A DNA stretch of 64,000 nt, from contig CM022666.1 in NCBI GenBank assembly GCA_012295275.1, forward strand, positions 11,160,001-11,224,000, given 5' to 3'. How positions within the stretch are numbered: position 1 is the stretch's first letter; each line of letters begins with the position of its first letter. The notes under the pieces were generated by a model, which ran no database searches, was not told the origin of the DNA, and saw only the letters and a program-made list of their open reading frames with translations. Of the stretch, positions 36,700-48,500 are shown in pieces. This DNA comes from Chrysomallon squamiferum (lineage: Eukaryota > Animalia > Mollusca). The translations under genes were made by a program, and so were the position numbers.

Positions 36700-36751
36700 T
36701 ATATTTATATACACACACACACACACATACATACATACATACATACATACA

Positions 36752-36839
<88 letters not shown>

Positions 36840-36910
36840 CACACATACACAAATACATATACAATAAATATATATATTCCTATATACATATACATGTACG
36901 TATATATATT
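36700..36910. repeat. Compound (CA)/(CATA)/(TA)n microsatellite
   Basis: Direct reading. Confidence 0.9.
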
Positions 36911-37169
36911 TTTGTGTTATTTTTCTTTTTTTTTTTTAGATCTATTTGTCAGATGTTTAGTCTTTGTTTTTATATCTGCCGACATTTCTGTTTTTGTCTG
37001 TCTGTCTTCGTGTCAACGTTTTACACGTTTTGACAAATTATTATTTATTGTTATAGTTATTGTTGTTATTATTATTATTATTGTTATTATTAATATTATT
37101 GTTATTGTTATTATTATTACTATTACTGTTGTTATTGTTATTATTATTACTGTCTTTATTATTATTATT

Positions 37170-38430
37170 TGCTTTCCCTTCTCAGATAAAGATGTCTAGA
37201 AGACAGAAAGCTAGAAGAAATCTCAAAGCAAGAATCGTGACTGACTTATCTGATCTGAATCATAGACTGTCGACAGCACCTCTTGCACCGACAAAATCAT
37301 AACCAGTGGGAACATGTTGGCACACTTGTTGAACTGTTGACAATAATTATCTGTAACCAACAAAATTAACAACAGAGATTACACAGTAACATAAATCAAA
37401 GACACTTAAGTAAAACTGTTAACAAGAGAACTGTAACTGTGGTAAGTAAAGTCACGAATGTTAAAAATAATACAGTTTTGCATCAATGACAGCCGGGGCG
37501 GATCTATTACGAAACTAATGAAGCTTAAACTTCAGTGTCTAAATTAGTAAAACCTGTCACGGAACATTGCCGTAGAAGAACATAAAAGTAGTTACCCAGG
37601 CCGTGTTGCTGTTTGTGAAGGACCCCCTAACTGTTCAAGCTTCTTGGTCCCTGAACTGTAGGTCTGCCACTGATGACAACTAAGAAGCAAAATGTTAATT
37701 GCATTTATAAAGAGTAACGAGAAAACTGTTATTAGCAAGTAAGAAATGAAAGTGTTAACACCAGTAATAACAGGCAACAAAAAAAAAATATAAGCAATAC
37801 GTGTTAGGGATGTAACTAAAGTCAAAATCCTAACAATACATTAAAATGTTAATCGCCTTGCTAAACTCAACATACTAAGAACAGTGCAGGAAGATGAAAT
37901 GTCAAAGACCATGTGACTGTAGTCAGTGACACAGATACAAACGTCAGCAGTGTGAAAGTAAAGTGACAATGATAAGAGTAGAACAGATAGACAAAGTATA
38001 TTCATAAATAACATTAGAAATTGTTGTTTTTTAAAAACCACATGCAGATATGATTTCATGAAAACTAACAGAAACATTGTTCATTATTATACTGTGTATT
38101 GCTGGGTAATTTATTTTTGTAAAGGTTTTGGTTTAACAATAATCATTACTATCATAAACTTACAATGTGTTTTTATAAAACAAACTTAACACATAATCTA
38201 TAGCTTAATACAAAAAAGAGAGAACTTACATTGATAAACTATTGTTTTTAGTGCTATTCACAGTTTGTAGCTACTATTTATTAAAATATGAAAAGAACAA
38301 ATTGCAATGCATAATCCAGTGTTAAAAATTAAATATACAAACACAGACTCAAAGGCGGGGCTTTATGTCAGTGGTAATGCAAAGTAACAAAGTGGTGTTA
38401 TCTCTTTTGCATACACACATACTCAAACAC
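37170..38430. repeat. Diverged local segmental duplication, copy 2 (of ~32620-33790)
   Basis: Same collinear blocks as copy 1, offset ~4.6 kb. Confidence 0.8.
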
Positions 38431-38532
38431 AAACATGAACATTTTTATCTTCAATCATTGTACGCAGTGACAGTTTGCAGTTTACCAGCTGCATATAAAT
38501 ACGGGGGTGCTAACATGCATTAACAGTGTTCG

Positions 38533-38535
<3 letters not shown>

Positions 38536-38605
<70 letters not shown>
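38536..38605. repeat. (CT)n microsatellite
   Basis: Perfect dinucleotide run. Confidence 0.95.
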
Positions 38606-38612
<7 letters not shown>

Positions 38613-39074
38613 AAATCTTCTATCGCCTTTGATTTTCAAATTAGTCGTATTCAGGAGAATTAGACCGAGATATCACTATACAACCCCCCCATCCCCTTTG
38701 CAATAAGCTGTATTAAAAAAGCTGTTGAACCTAACAAGGCGCGTGCGACGCGTGCTAAACGAGCGATTTTTCTTTTAGAAACCACTGATTTCAGTCGCAG
38801 TATCCTGACTGAACGCACACGGGTACATTTCATTCAGACGTTACAAGTACTTTATCAACGTACAAAGATAACGACAGAAAAGAAAATGCCTGGAAGAATA
38901 TCGGAAAAACTCTAGCCCTACCAAGTAAGTAATGTGTGTGTTTTATTAGTAACAAGCACGTATAAGCTTCTTGGACGGTTCAGTCCTAACCACGGGTGGG
39001 GGAAAAGAGCAGCTCCCCCCCAGAAACACAAACACAGTGAAGAAGATGTTAATGTTTTGTTAATTATTCACAAA

Positions 39075-39531
39075 TTAACTGTTTTATTACGCTTGTCATC
39101 TTGTTAAACATCCATATCTGTCTGTCTATCTGTCTCTCTGGCTGTCTGTCTGTCTATCTATCTATCTGTCTGTCTATCTATCTGTCGGTCTCCGCCGAAC
39201 CAACAGCTAGCATGTGATATTTATTTTTTATTTTTATTTCTTTATTTGAAGAGAAAACTGTTTTAAAGATAAATACATGCATCAGTGTCCCAGCTTGTCA
39301 TCTTGTTAAACATCCATATCTGTCTGTCTGTCTGCCTATCTGTCTGTCTATCTGGCTGTCTGTCTATCTGTCTGTCTATCTATCTGTCTATCTGTCTGTC
39401 TACCAACAACTAGTCTGTGATGTTTATATTTTATTTGTATGTCTTATTTCAAGGAAAACTGTTTTAAAGATAAATACATGCATCAGTGATCCATTTGTCA
39501 TCTTGTTAAACATCCATATCTGTCTGTCTGG

Positions 39532-39564
<33 letters not shown>

Positions 39565-39565
39565 A
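39075..39565. repeat. ~202-bp tandem repeat (~2.5 copies) containing (TCTG/TCTA)n microsatellite
   Basis: TTGTCATCTTGTTAAACATCCATATCTGTCTG at ~39093, ~39295, ~39495. Confidence 0.85.
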
Positions 39566-39965
39566 ATCAACCAATGTGAAACGAAAGTCCTGTCTCTGAA
39601 CTGTTAATGATTAACAGTGTTTGTAGAAGTTGTCCTAGTAACTGACTAGTAACTGTTTTTACTTGTAACTAAGACTGTTACAGATACAAGTTCCAGTAAG
39701 AGCTTTAATAGCAACACGTCTTTTAACAGTGTTATAGTAGTAACAGGCTATAGTAATAGTTTTAGTAGTAATAGTATGTTACTAACTGCTTTAGTACTAG
39801 AAAAGTAACAGTTTTAAGTAGTAATGAACTTTATCAGTGTTAGCAAAACCGGATCAAGCAACTGCGGGGCCCGTAGCAAAACATAGCATAGACCTCCTAC
39901 TACTGGCTCGTTACAAAACTAAATGAACCCCACCTCCACCCCCGCCCACTATTATAATAGCTTAA
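39560..39965 (+). repeat. Direct duplicate block (second copy ~44290-44690)
   Basis: ATCAACCAATGT..AAAGTCCTGTCTCTGA...GCAACTGCGGGGCCCGTAGCAAAA shared. Confidence 0.85.
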
Positions 39966-39984
39966 CAAATTTCTTGTAATACGT

Positions 39985-40415
39985 TTGTGTTTTGTGTGCA
40001 GTGTGATATGTATAATGTATTTAATATACAGGTTGTTGCATCATATCTATTTTGTGTCTGGTGTTGTCCAAATCTCCCTTTTGTCTCCTATGCTGTCTCT
40101 GTGTTTTGTTTGTGGTCTAGTTTGTTGTATGTGTATTCTTTGTGTGTTTTTGATTGTGTGTTTTTGTATGAGTTTTGTTTTATGTGTTATGTGGTATGTT
40201 TCCTGTGCTATATTGTTTGTCATGTGATGTCATGTTCCATGTGTCATTCCTGTATGATGTGTGTAGTTTATGGATGTTCTTGCATTTTTGTTTTGTGTCT
40301 GGTGTGATATATATGTCTGTGTTTAGAGAGCTGTCTTGTCTGTACATCTGTTTTGTGTGCACTGTGCTGCTGTTGTCTATGTTTTGGTCCCGGTCTTTTG
40401 TGCAGTAGGTGTGTG

Positions 40416-40460
<45 letters not shown>

Positions 40461-43400
40461 TGTCCTCTGGCATTTTGTTTCAAATCTGGTGGTGTGATGT
40501 TTTGAGTCCCTTGTCCTGTATATTGTGGGTAATGCATTTTTATATGTTTGTTGTCCTTGCATGTTTGTGTTTTATGTGCAATATATATGCCTCTGTTTTG
40601 TGTCTGATCTTGTCTGTGTGTCTGTTTTGTGTACCCCGTACTCTTGCTGTCTGTATTTTTTATCCACTTATATTTTTGTCTGTATTTATTTGTGTGCCCT
40701 GTGCTATTCCTGTCTGTTTTGTGAACGGTTTGGTGTGTAGTGTTTGTTCTGTATATGTGTGTTTGGGTTTTATCTGAGACTTTTGTGTTTTGTGTCATGT
40801 CATATGTGTCCTGTGGTGTGAAGTTTTCTGTGCTTTGTTCTAATTGTACATGTCTCTTGTTGTTGCATGTTTGTGACATATATGTCTGTGTGTTGTATTT
40901 GTGTGTGATATATATTATGTATGTGTGGTTTATTGTATTGTTCTGCAATGAAACAACCACATTGGCACCATACACAACAGTTACCACCTACACAACACAA
41001 AACAGAACACAGAACACACCCCACTGAGTGTAGTGCCTAGTGCGCATGTTATGTGTTGGGGATTTGGTGTATGGTATGTTTGGTGCATGTTGTGGTATTT
41101 TCTGTGTTCTCAGTGTGTCTGTTTTGTGTCCCCTGTGCTGTTGTAGTTGTGAGTGTAGTAGTTTACTGCAGTATGTGCATGTGTGTTTGTGGTGTGTATG
41201 TGTGTGTGTCTGTGGTGTGTATGTGTGTGTGTTTTTGTGTGATATGGTATGTGAGATGTGATGTTTTGAATGCTGCAGTGTGCATTTTGTGTTCTTGACC
41301 TGTGTGGTGTGTGTAATGTATTCATTTTTGTATTTTGTTGTCTCTGTGTCTGATCTGTGAACCCTGTGCTGCTGTTTTCTGTGTTTTTCATCCTGCTGAT
41401 ATTTTTATCTGTATTTCTTTGTCCCCTGTGCTCTTCCTGTCTGTGTTTTGTGTCCCCTTTTGTGTGTAGTGTGTGTACTGTGTTTGTGTGTGTGACTGTG
41501 TGTTTAATGCGCAAATTTTTTGTTTTGTGTCATGTAGTTGGTGTCCCCTGATCGGACATTGTGTGTGCTTTGTGCTATATGGTGTGTCTTTTGTGCTTAT
41601 TGTATATATTTCTTTTTTTTTGCATTATGTTTGTGATTTCTGTCCGGTGTGATGTGTATCTGTGTTTGTTGTGTTTGTGTGTGATGTATATAATGGTATG
41701 TATGATGTGCTGTCTGTGATGGATGTGAGGTTTGTTGTGTCGTTTTGTCACCACACAGACACCAAACACAACATGTACACCCTACACAACACAAAACAAC
41801 ACAGAACACACACCACTGCACAGGTAGTGTCTAGAGCGCATGTTATGTGTTGGGGATTTGCTATATGGTATGTTGTTGCATGTTGTGGTGTTGTGATGTT
41901 TTGTGTGACTTGTCTTGTGGTCTGTTGTTTTTATTGCTGTGGTGTGATATTTCATGAGCCTTGTCCTGTGTGGTTTGTGTAATGTCTGTATTATATATGG
42001 TTGTGTTTTCTCTCTGATATTGTTTGAGTGTTTGTGGTGTGTTTTTGTATGATGTTGTATGTGTCCTGTGGTATATTGTTTTGAATGGTGCAGTGTGATG
42101 TTTTGTGTTCCTTGTCCTGTATGGTGTGTTTAATGTATGCATTTTTGCATGTTTGTGTTTTCTCTCTGATATTGTCTGTGTGTGTGTTCTGTGAAACATG
42201 TGCTGTTGCTCTCTGTTCATGGATGAAAGTTTGCCACCTTTCGGCTGAATTCCGCCTTTTTATTGCACCAACATTTATTTTAAAAAATCCGTCCCTTTTC
42301 AACTTCCATTCGTTCCGCCTAAAATTTCCAACTTTTGATCTAACATGGCTGTGCCCATTGTGGCTGCCATATTTACTTATTTGACACTGGCCAGATTTGT
42401 CTTGTGCCCATTGGCTGAGACCAATGCCATATTTACATTGGTCTTATTTTTTTGACACATTGGCCAGATTTGTCTTGTGAAGTTCCACCTGGCTGAGACC
42501 AATGCACAGATCGTATACATTGGTCATGTCATGTTGGACAAAATGGTGGTATTGTTTGCGAATGCATTGAAAATCTGTCCATTGGTCGGGATTTTGTGAT
42601 TTCAGTGGGATGTCGTACAAAGTTCTTGATTGGTCAGTGGACCTGAAGGTGGTTGAGCGTGGAGTCAAGAACACTTTGGTAATAGTACTAGGTTTTATCT
42701 GAGACTTTTGTGTTTTGTGTCATGTCATATATGTCCTGTGGTGTGAAGTTTTGTGTGCTTTGTTCTTATTGTACATGTCTCTTGTTGTTGCATGTTTGTG
42801 ACCTATATGTCTGTGTGTTGTATTTGTGTGTGATATATATTATGTATGTGTGGTTTGTTGTATTGTTCTGCGATGAAACAACCACATTGGCAGCAAACAC
42901 AACAGTTACCACCTAACAACACAAAACAGAACACAGAACATACACCAGTGCACAGTGTAGTGCCTAGTGCGCATGTTATGTGTTGGGGATTTGGTGTATG
43001 GTATGTTTGTTGCATGTTGTGGTGTTGTGATGTTTTGTGTGACTTGTCGTGTGGTCTGTTGTTTTTATTGCTGTGGTGTGATATTTCATGAGCCTTGTCC
43101 TGTGTGGTTTGTGTAATGTCTGTATTATATATGATTGTTGTTGTTACATATTTGCTGTTTGTGTCCTGTGTTTGTTGTCTAATGTATGCATTGTATGTGG
43201 TAGTTGTTGTGTGTTCTCTGTGTCTGTTTTGTGTCCACTGAGCTGTTGTTTGTTTTTTATGCTCCGGTCTTGTTTGTAGTTGTGTACTGCTCAGTGTGTT
43301 TGTAGTGTGTGTGTTTTTGTATGATGTTGTATGTGTCCTGTGGTATATTGTTTTGAATGGTGCAGTGTAATGTTTTGTGTTCCTTGTCCTGTGTGGTGTG

Positions 43401-43650
43401 TTTAATGCATGCATTTTTGCATGTTTGTGTTTTCTCTCTGATATTGTCTGTGTGTTTGTGGTGTGTTTTTGTATAATGTTGTATGTGTCCTGTGGTATAT
43501 TGTTTTGAATGGTGCACTGTAATGTTTTGTGTTCCTTGTCCTGTGTGATGTGTTTAATGTATGCATTTTTGTATGTTTCTTGTTCTTGCATGTTTGTGTT
43601 TTCTCTCTGATATTGTCTGTGTGTTTGTTCTGTGAACCATGTGCTGTTGC
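39985..43650. repeat. TG-rich degenerate low-complexity region with internal duplications (40766-41100 ~ 42690-43030; 42030-42680 ~ 43450-44060)
   Basis: Strong T/G strand bias; near-identical internal blocks. Confidence 0.85.
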
Positions 43651-43657
43651 TCTCTAT

Positions 43658-44200
43658 TCATGGATGAAAGTTTGCTGCCTTTCGGCTGAATTTTGCCTTT
43701 TTATTGCTCCAAAATTTATTTTAAAAAATCCGTCCCTTTTCAACTTCCATTCGTTCCGCCTAAAATTTCCGGAGTTTAGATCCAACTTTTGATCTAACAT
43801 GGCTGCGCCCATTGTGCCTGCCATATTTGCTTTTTTGACACTGGCCAGATTTGTCTTGTGAAGTTCCACCTGCGCGAGACCAATGCACAGACCGTATACA
43901 TTGGTCGTGTCATGTTGGACAAAATGGTGGTATTGTTTGCGAATGCATTGGAAATCGGTCCATTGGTCAGGGTTTGGTGATTTCAGTGGGATGTCGTACA
44001 AAGTTCTTGACTGGTCAGTGGACCTGAAGGTGGTTGAGCGTGGTGTCAAGAACACTTTTTGATGGAATTAGCTTGAAGAAAAGGACAAGTAGGTGATTTT
44101 CTTAGTGAGTGGGTTTGCAAAAGCTGTCTTCAAATTAAAACAAATTCTCATCCCCTCCAACTCCCCCCAGTGCTGTCTATGCCATCGTGTCCTCAGCTAA
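43658..44200. mobile_element. Probable end fragment of a DNA transposon-like element (partial copy at ~42217-42677)
   Basis: Sharp switch from TG-repeat to complex sequence at CATGGATGAAAGTTTGC, followed by subterminal CCGCCT/TGCCT motifs; two copies; second terminus not found. Confidence 0.35.
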
Positions 44201-44689
44201 AAACATATCCATAATTTGGTAAAATTATTTAAGCCCTTTTTGGGAAAAGTCACTTTCATCTCTACTTTCTATCTGTCTATTTATCTATCTATCAACCAAT
44301 GTCAAATGAAAGTCCTGTCTCTGAGCTGTTAATGATTAACAGTGTTTGTAGAAGTTGTCCTAGTAATTGTCTTAATGGTAATAGTACTAGTAACTGTTTT
44401 TTCTTGTAGCTAAGACTGTTACAGATACAAGTTCCAGTAAGAGCTGTAATAGAAACAAGTCTTTTAATAGTGTTATAATAATAGTTTTAGTAGTAATAGT
44501 AAGTTAGTAAAAGCTTTAGTACTAGAAAAGTAACAGTTTTAAATAGTAATGAACTTTATCAGTGTTAGCAAAGCCAGATTAAGCAACTGCGGGGCCCGTA
44601 GCAAAATATAGCATAGGCCTCCTACTACTGGCTAGTTACAAAAGTCAACCCCACCTCCACCCCCGCCCTCTATTATCATAGCTTTACTC

Positions 44690-44969
44690 CACACGCACCA
44701 CACTCTATACACACCACACACTCCAAGCATACACACAACACACCATATACTCCATACACACCAGACGCACCACGCACCACGCACCACACACACTACACAG
44801 CACACACACCACACACCACACACCATACACGATACGCACTACATACCATACACACCACTCGCACCACAAACACACACCACACACACCACACACACCACAC
44901 ACACACCACACACACACACACACACCACACACCACACACCACACACACCACACACACACACACACACCA

Positions 44970-45024
<55 letters not shown>

Positions 45025-45570
45025 ACACACACACACACCACACACCACCACACACACACCACACACCACACACACACCACTCGCACCACACACACCACAC
45101 ACACCACACGCACCACACACACACACACCACCACACACACACCCCACAAACACACACCACACACACACCATACAAAGCAAACACATCACACACACCACAC
45201 AGGCGCAACATACACACACTCCGTACATTCAACAACCCATACCACATGCACCACACAATACGTACCACACACCACACACTTCAAACACTACAAGCACCAC
45301 ATACACAATACACAGCACATACCATTCACTCGACACACCACACGCACCAAACACCACATACTCCAAACACACCACATGCACCACTAACACACCACACACA
45401 ACACACCATACACAATGCACTCAAGGGAAAGAACACACCATATGCACCACACACGACAGACACATACCACAAACACCACACACACCATTCGCACAAAACA
45501 CGCCACACACACACACCAAACACACACCATACTCACAGCATACACTCCACAAACACACTACACCACACCT
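44690..45570. repeat. CA-rich (CACAC/CA)n low-complexity repeat
   Basis: Direct reading. Confidence 0.92.
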
Positions 45571-48500
45571 AACCTAAATAATTACCTAACTAAGCAAGGA
45601 AGCTGGTAAGTAAGTAAATAATTACTTAAGTCAGTAAGAATGTAACTAAGTACTTTAACAATTATCTAAGTAAGAAAGACAGTACGTAAATAATTATCTA
45701 AGTAAGAAAGAAAGGAAACAACTACGTAAATAATTACCTAAGTTAGCAAGAAAGCAAGTAAGTGCGTAAATAATTACTTGAGAAAGGGAGAAAGTAAATA
45801 CATTAACAATTATCAAAGTAAGAAAGAAAGCAAGTAAATACATAAGAAATTAGATAACTAAGCAAGGAACCTGATAATTTCGTAAATAATTACCTAAGCA
45901 AGTAACAATGTAAGAAAGTACATTAGCAATTACCTAAGAAAGAAAGGAAGCAACTACGTAAACAATTACCTAAGTAAGAACGAAAGTAAGAAATTACGTA
46001 AATAATTCCCCAAGTAAGCTAGTAGATACGTAAATAATTACTTAAGAAAGAACGAATATAAGTAACTATGTGTATAATTACCTAAATAAGCCAGAAGGGA
46101 AGTAAATACTTAAATAATTACCTAAGTAACTAAGTAAGCTAGTAAGTTCGTAAATAATTATCTACGGAAGTAAGAATATAAGTAAGTACATTAGCAATTA
46201 CCGGAGAAAGAAAGTAAGTACATAAATAATTACCTAAGTAAGAAAGAACGTAAGTGAGTACGTCAATAATTACGTAAGAAAGTGAGAAATAAGTAAGTAC
46301 GTTAACAATTATCTAAGTAAGACAGAAAAGAAGTCAGAATGTAACTACCTAAGTAGGCAAGAAAGTAAGTGAGTACGTCAATAATTACCTAAGGAAGTAA
46401 GAATATAAGTAAGTACATTAGCAACTACCTGAGAAAGAAAGAAAGTACATAAATAATAACCTAAGTAAGCAAGTAAGCTACTAAGTACTTCAATAATTAC
46501 CTAAGTAAATGAGACTGTAAGTAACTATGTTAACTATTATCTAAGTAAGAAAGAAGGCAAGTAAGTACATAAGTAATTAGCTAACTAAGCAAAGAACCTG
46601 GTAATTTCGTAAATCATTACCTAAGTAAGAATGAAAGCAAGTAAGTATATAAGTACTTTGCTAACTAAGCAAGAAATATGATAATTTGGTAAATAATTAC
46701 CGAAGAAAGCAAGCAGGCCAGTCAGTATGTAAAAAATTACCTATGCAAGTAAGCATGTAAGTAAGTACATTAGTAATTACCTAAGAAAGACAGAAAGTAA
46801 ATAAGTACGTAAATAATTACCTAAGTAAGAAAGAAAGTAAGTACGAAAATAATTACCTAACTAAGCAAGTAAGCTAGCAGCTACGTAAATAATTACCTAA
46901 GTAAGAAAGAACATAAGTAAATATGTGTATAATTACATAAGTAAGGAAGAATGGAAGTAAGTACGTCAATAATTACCTAAGTAAGCGGAATGTAAGAAAG
47001 TATGACAATAATTACCTAAGTAAGCAACTAAGCTAGTAAGTACGTAAATAACTACCTAAGATAGAATGTAAGAACGTCTATAATTACCTATGTAAGAAAG
47101 AAAGCAAGTAAGAACCACAATAATTACCTCAGAACGTGAGAATGTAATTATGTACGTTAACAATTATCTAAGTAAGAAAGAACGTAAGAAAGTACATAAG
47201 TAATTAGCTGACTCAGCAAAGAACCTGGTAATTTCGTAAATAATTACGTAAGTAAGCAAGAAAGTAAATAAGTACGTCCTTAATTACGTAAGTAAGTGAT
47301 AATGTAATTAATTAGGTAAATAATTACCTAAGCAAGTAAGCATGTAAGTAAGTACATTAGTAATTACCTAAGAAAGACAGAAAGTAAATAAGTACGTAAA
47401 TAATTACCTAAGTAAGAAAGAAAGTAAGTAAGTACGTATATAATTACCTATGGAAGCAAGTAAGCTAATAGATACGTAAATAACTACTTAAGTAGGCAAG
47501 AATATAAGTAACTATGTGTATAATTACCTAAGTAATCAAGACAGGAACTAAGTACGTCCTTAATTACCTAAGTGATAATGTAATTAAGTACGTAAATAAT
47601 TACCTAATCAAGTAATAATGTCAGTAAGTACATTAGTAATTACCTAAGAAAGACAGAAAGTAAATAAGTACGTATATAATTACCTAAGTAAGAAAGAAAG
47701 TAAGTAAGTCCGTAAATAATTACCTAAGTAAAGAAGTAAGCTGGCAGGTACGTAAATAATTATCTAAGTAAGATAGAATGTAAGTAAGTACGTCTGTAAT
47801 TACCTAAGTAAGCAAGAAAGCAAGTAAGAACGACAATAATTACGTTAGAAAGTGAGAATGTAATTATGTACGTTAACAATTATCTAACTAAGAAAGAAAG
47901 CATGTAAGTACATAAGTAATTAGCTAAGTAAGCAAATAACCTGGTAATTTCGTAAATCATTAACTAAGTAAGCATGAAAGCAAGTAAGTACATAAGTACT
48001 TTTCTAACTAAGCAAGAAATATGGTAACTTTGTAAATAGTTACCTAAGTAAGCAAGAAGGCCAGTCAGTATGTAAAAAATTGCCTATGCAAGTAAGAATG
48101 TAAGTAAGTACATTAGCAATTACCTAAGAAAGAAAGAAAGTATGTAAATACCTAAATAATTCCCTAAGTAAGAAAGAAAGTAAGTAAGTATGTATATAAT
48201 TACCTAAGTAAGAAGAAAAGCTCTACTATAAAAATAAGGATGAAGTAATTATATAACATCAGTAATTATGTGTATAATTACCTAAGTAAGAAAGAAAGCA
48301 AGGAAGTACATCAATAGTTACCTCAGCAAGTAAGAACGTAAATAACTACATTACTAATTACCTAAGAAAGAGGGAAAGTAAATAAGTACGTAAATAATTA
48401 CCTAAGTAAGAAAGAAAGCGGGAAGTACGTCAATAATTACCTAAGTAAGAAGAACGTAAGGAAGTACATAAGTAATTACCTTTAAGAACTAAGGAAGCAA

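Noticed and set aside
44021-44050. DLKVVERGVK resembling a hAT-like transposase C-terminal motif (VNDxAERGVK)
   Set aside because: The NDxA residues are missing and the flanking translation shows no recognisable transposase similarity
43654-44055. 133-aa minus-strand ORF (partial copy at 42444-42674)
   Set aside because: Non-ATG start, no recognisable domain, lies in a duplicated repeat fragment
39985-45609. Many 60-260 aa ORFs rich in C/V or H/T
   Set aside because: Translations of TG/CA low-complexity DNA, open on both strands
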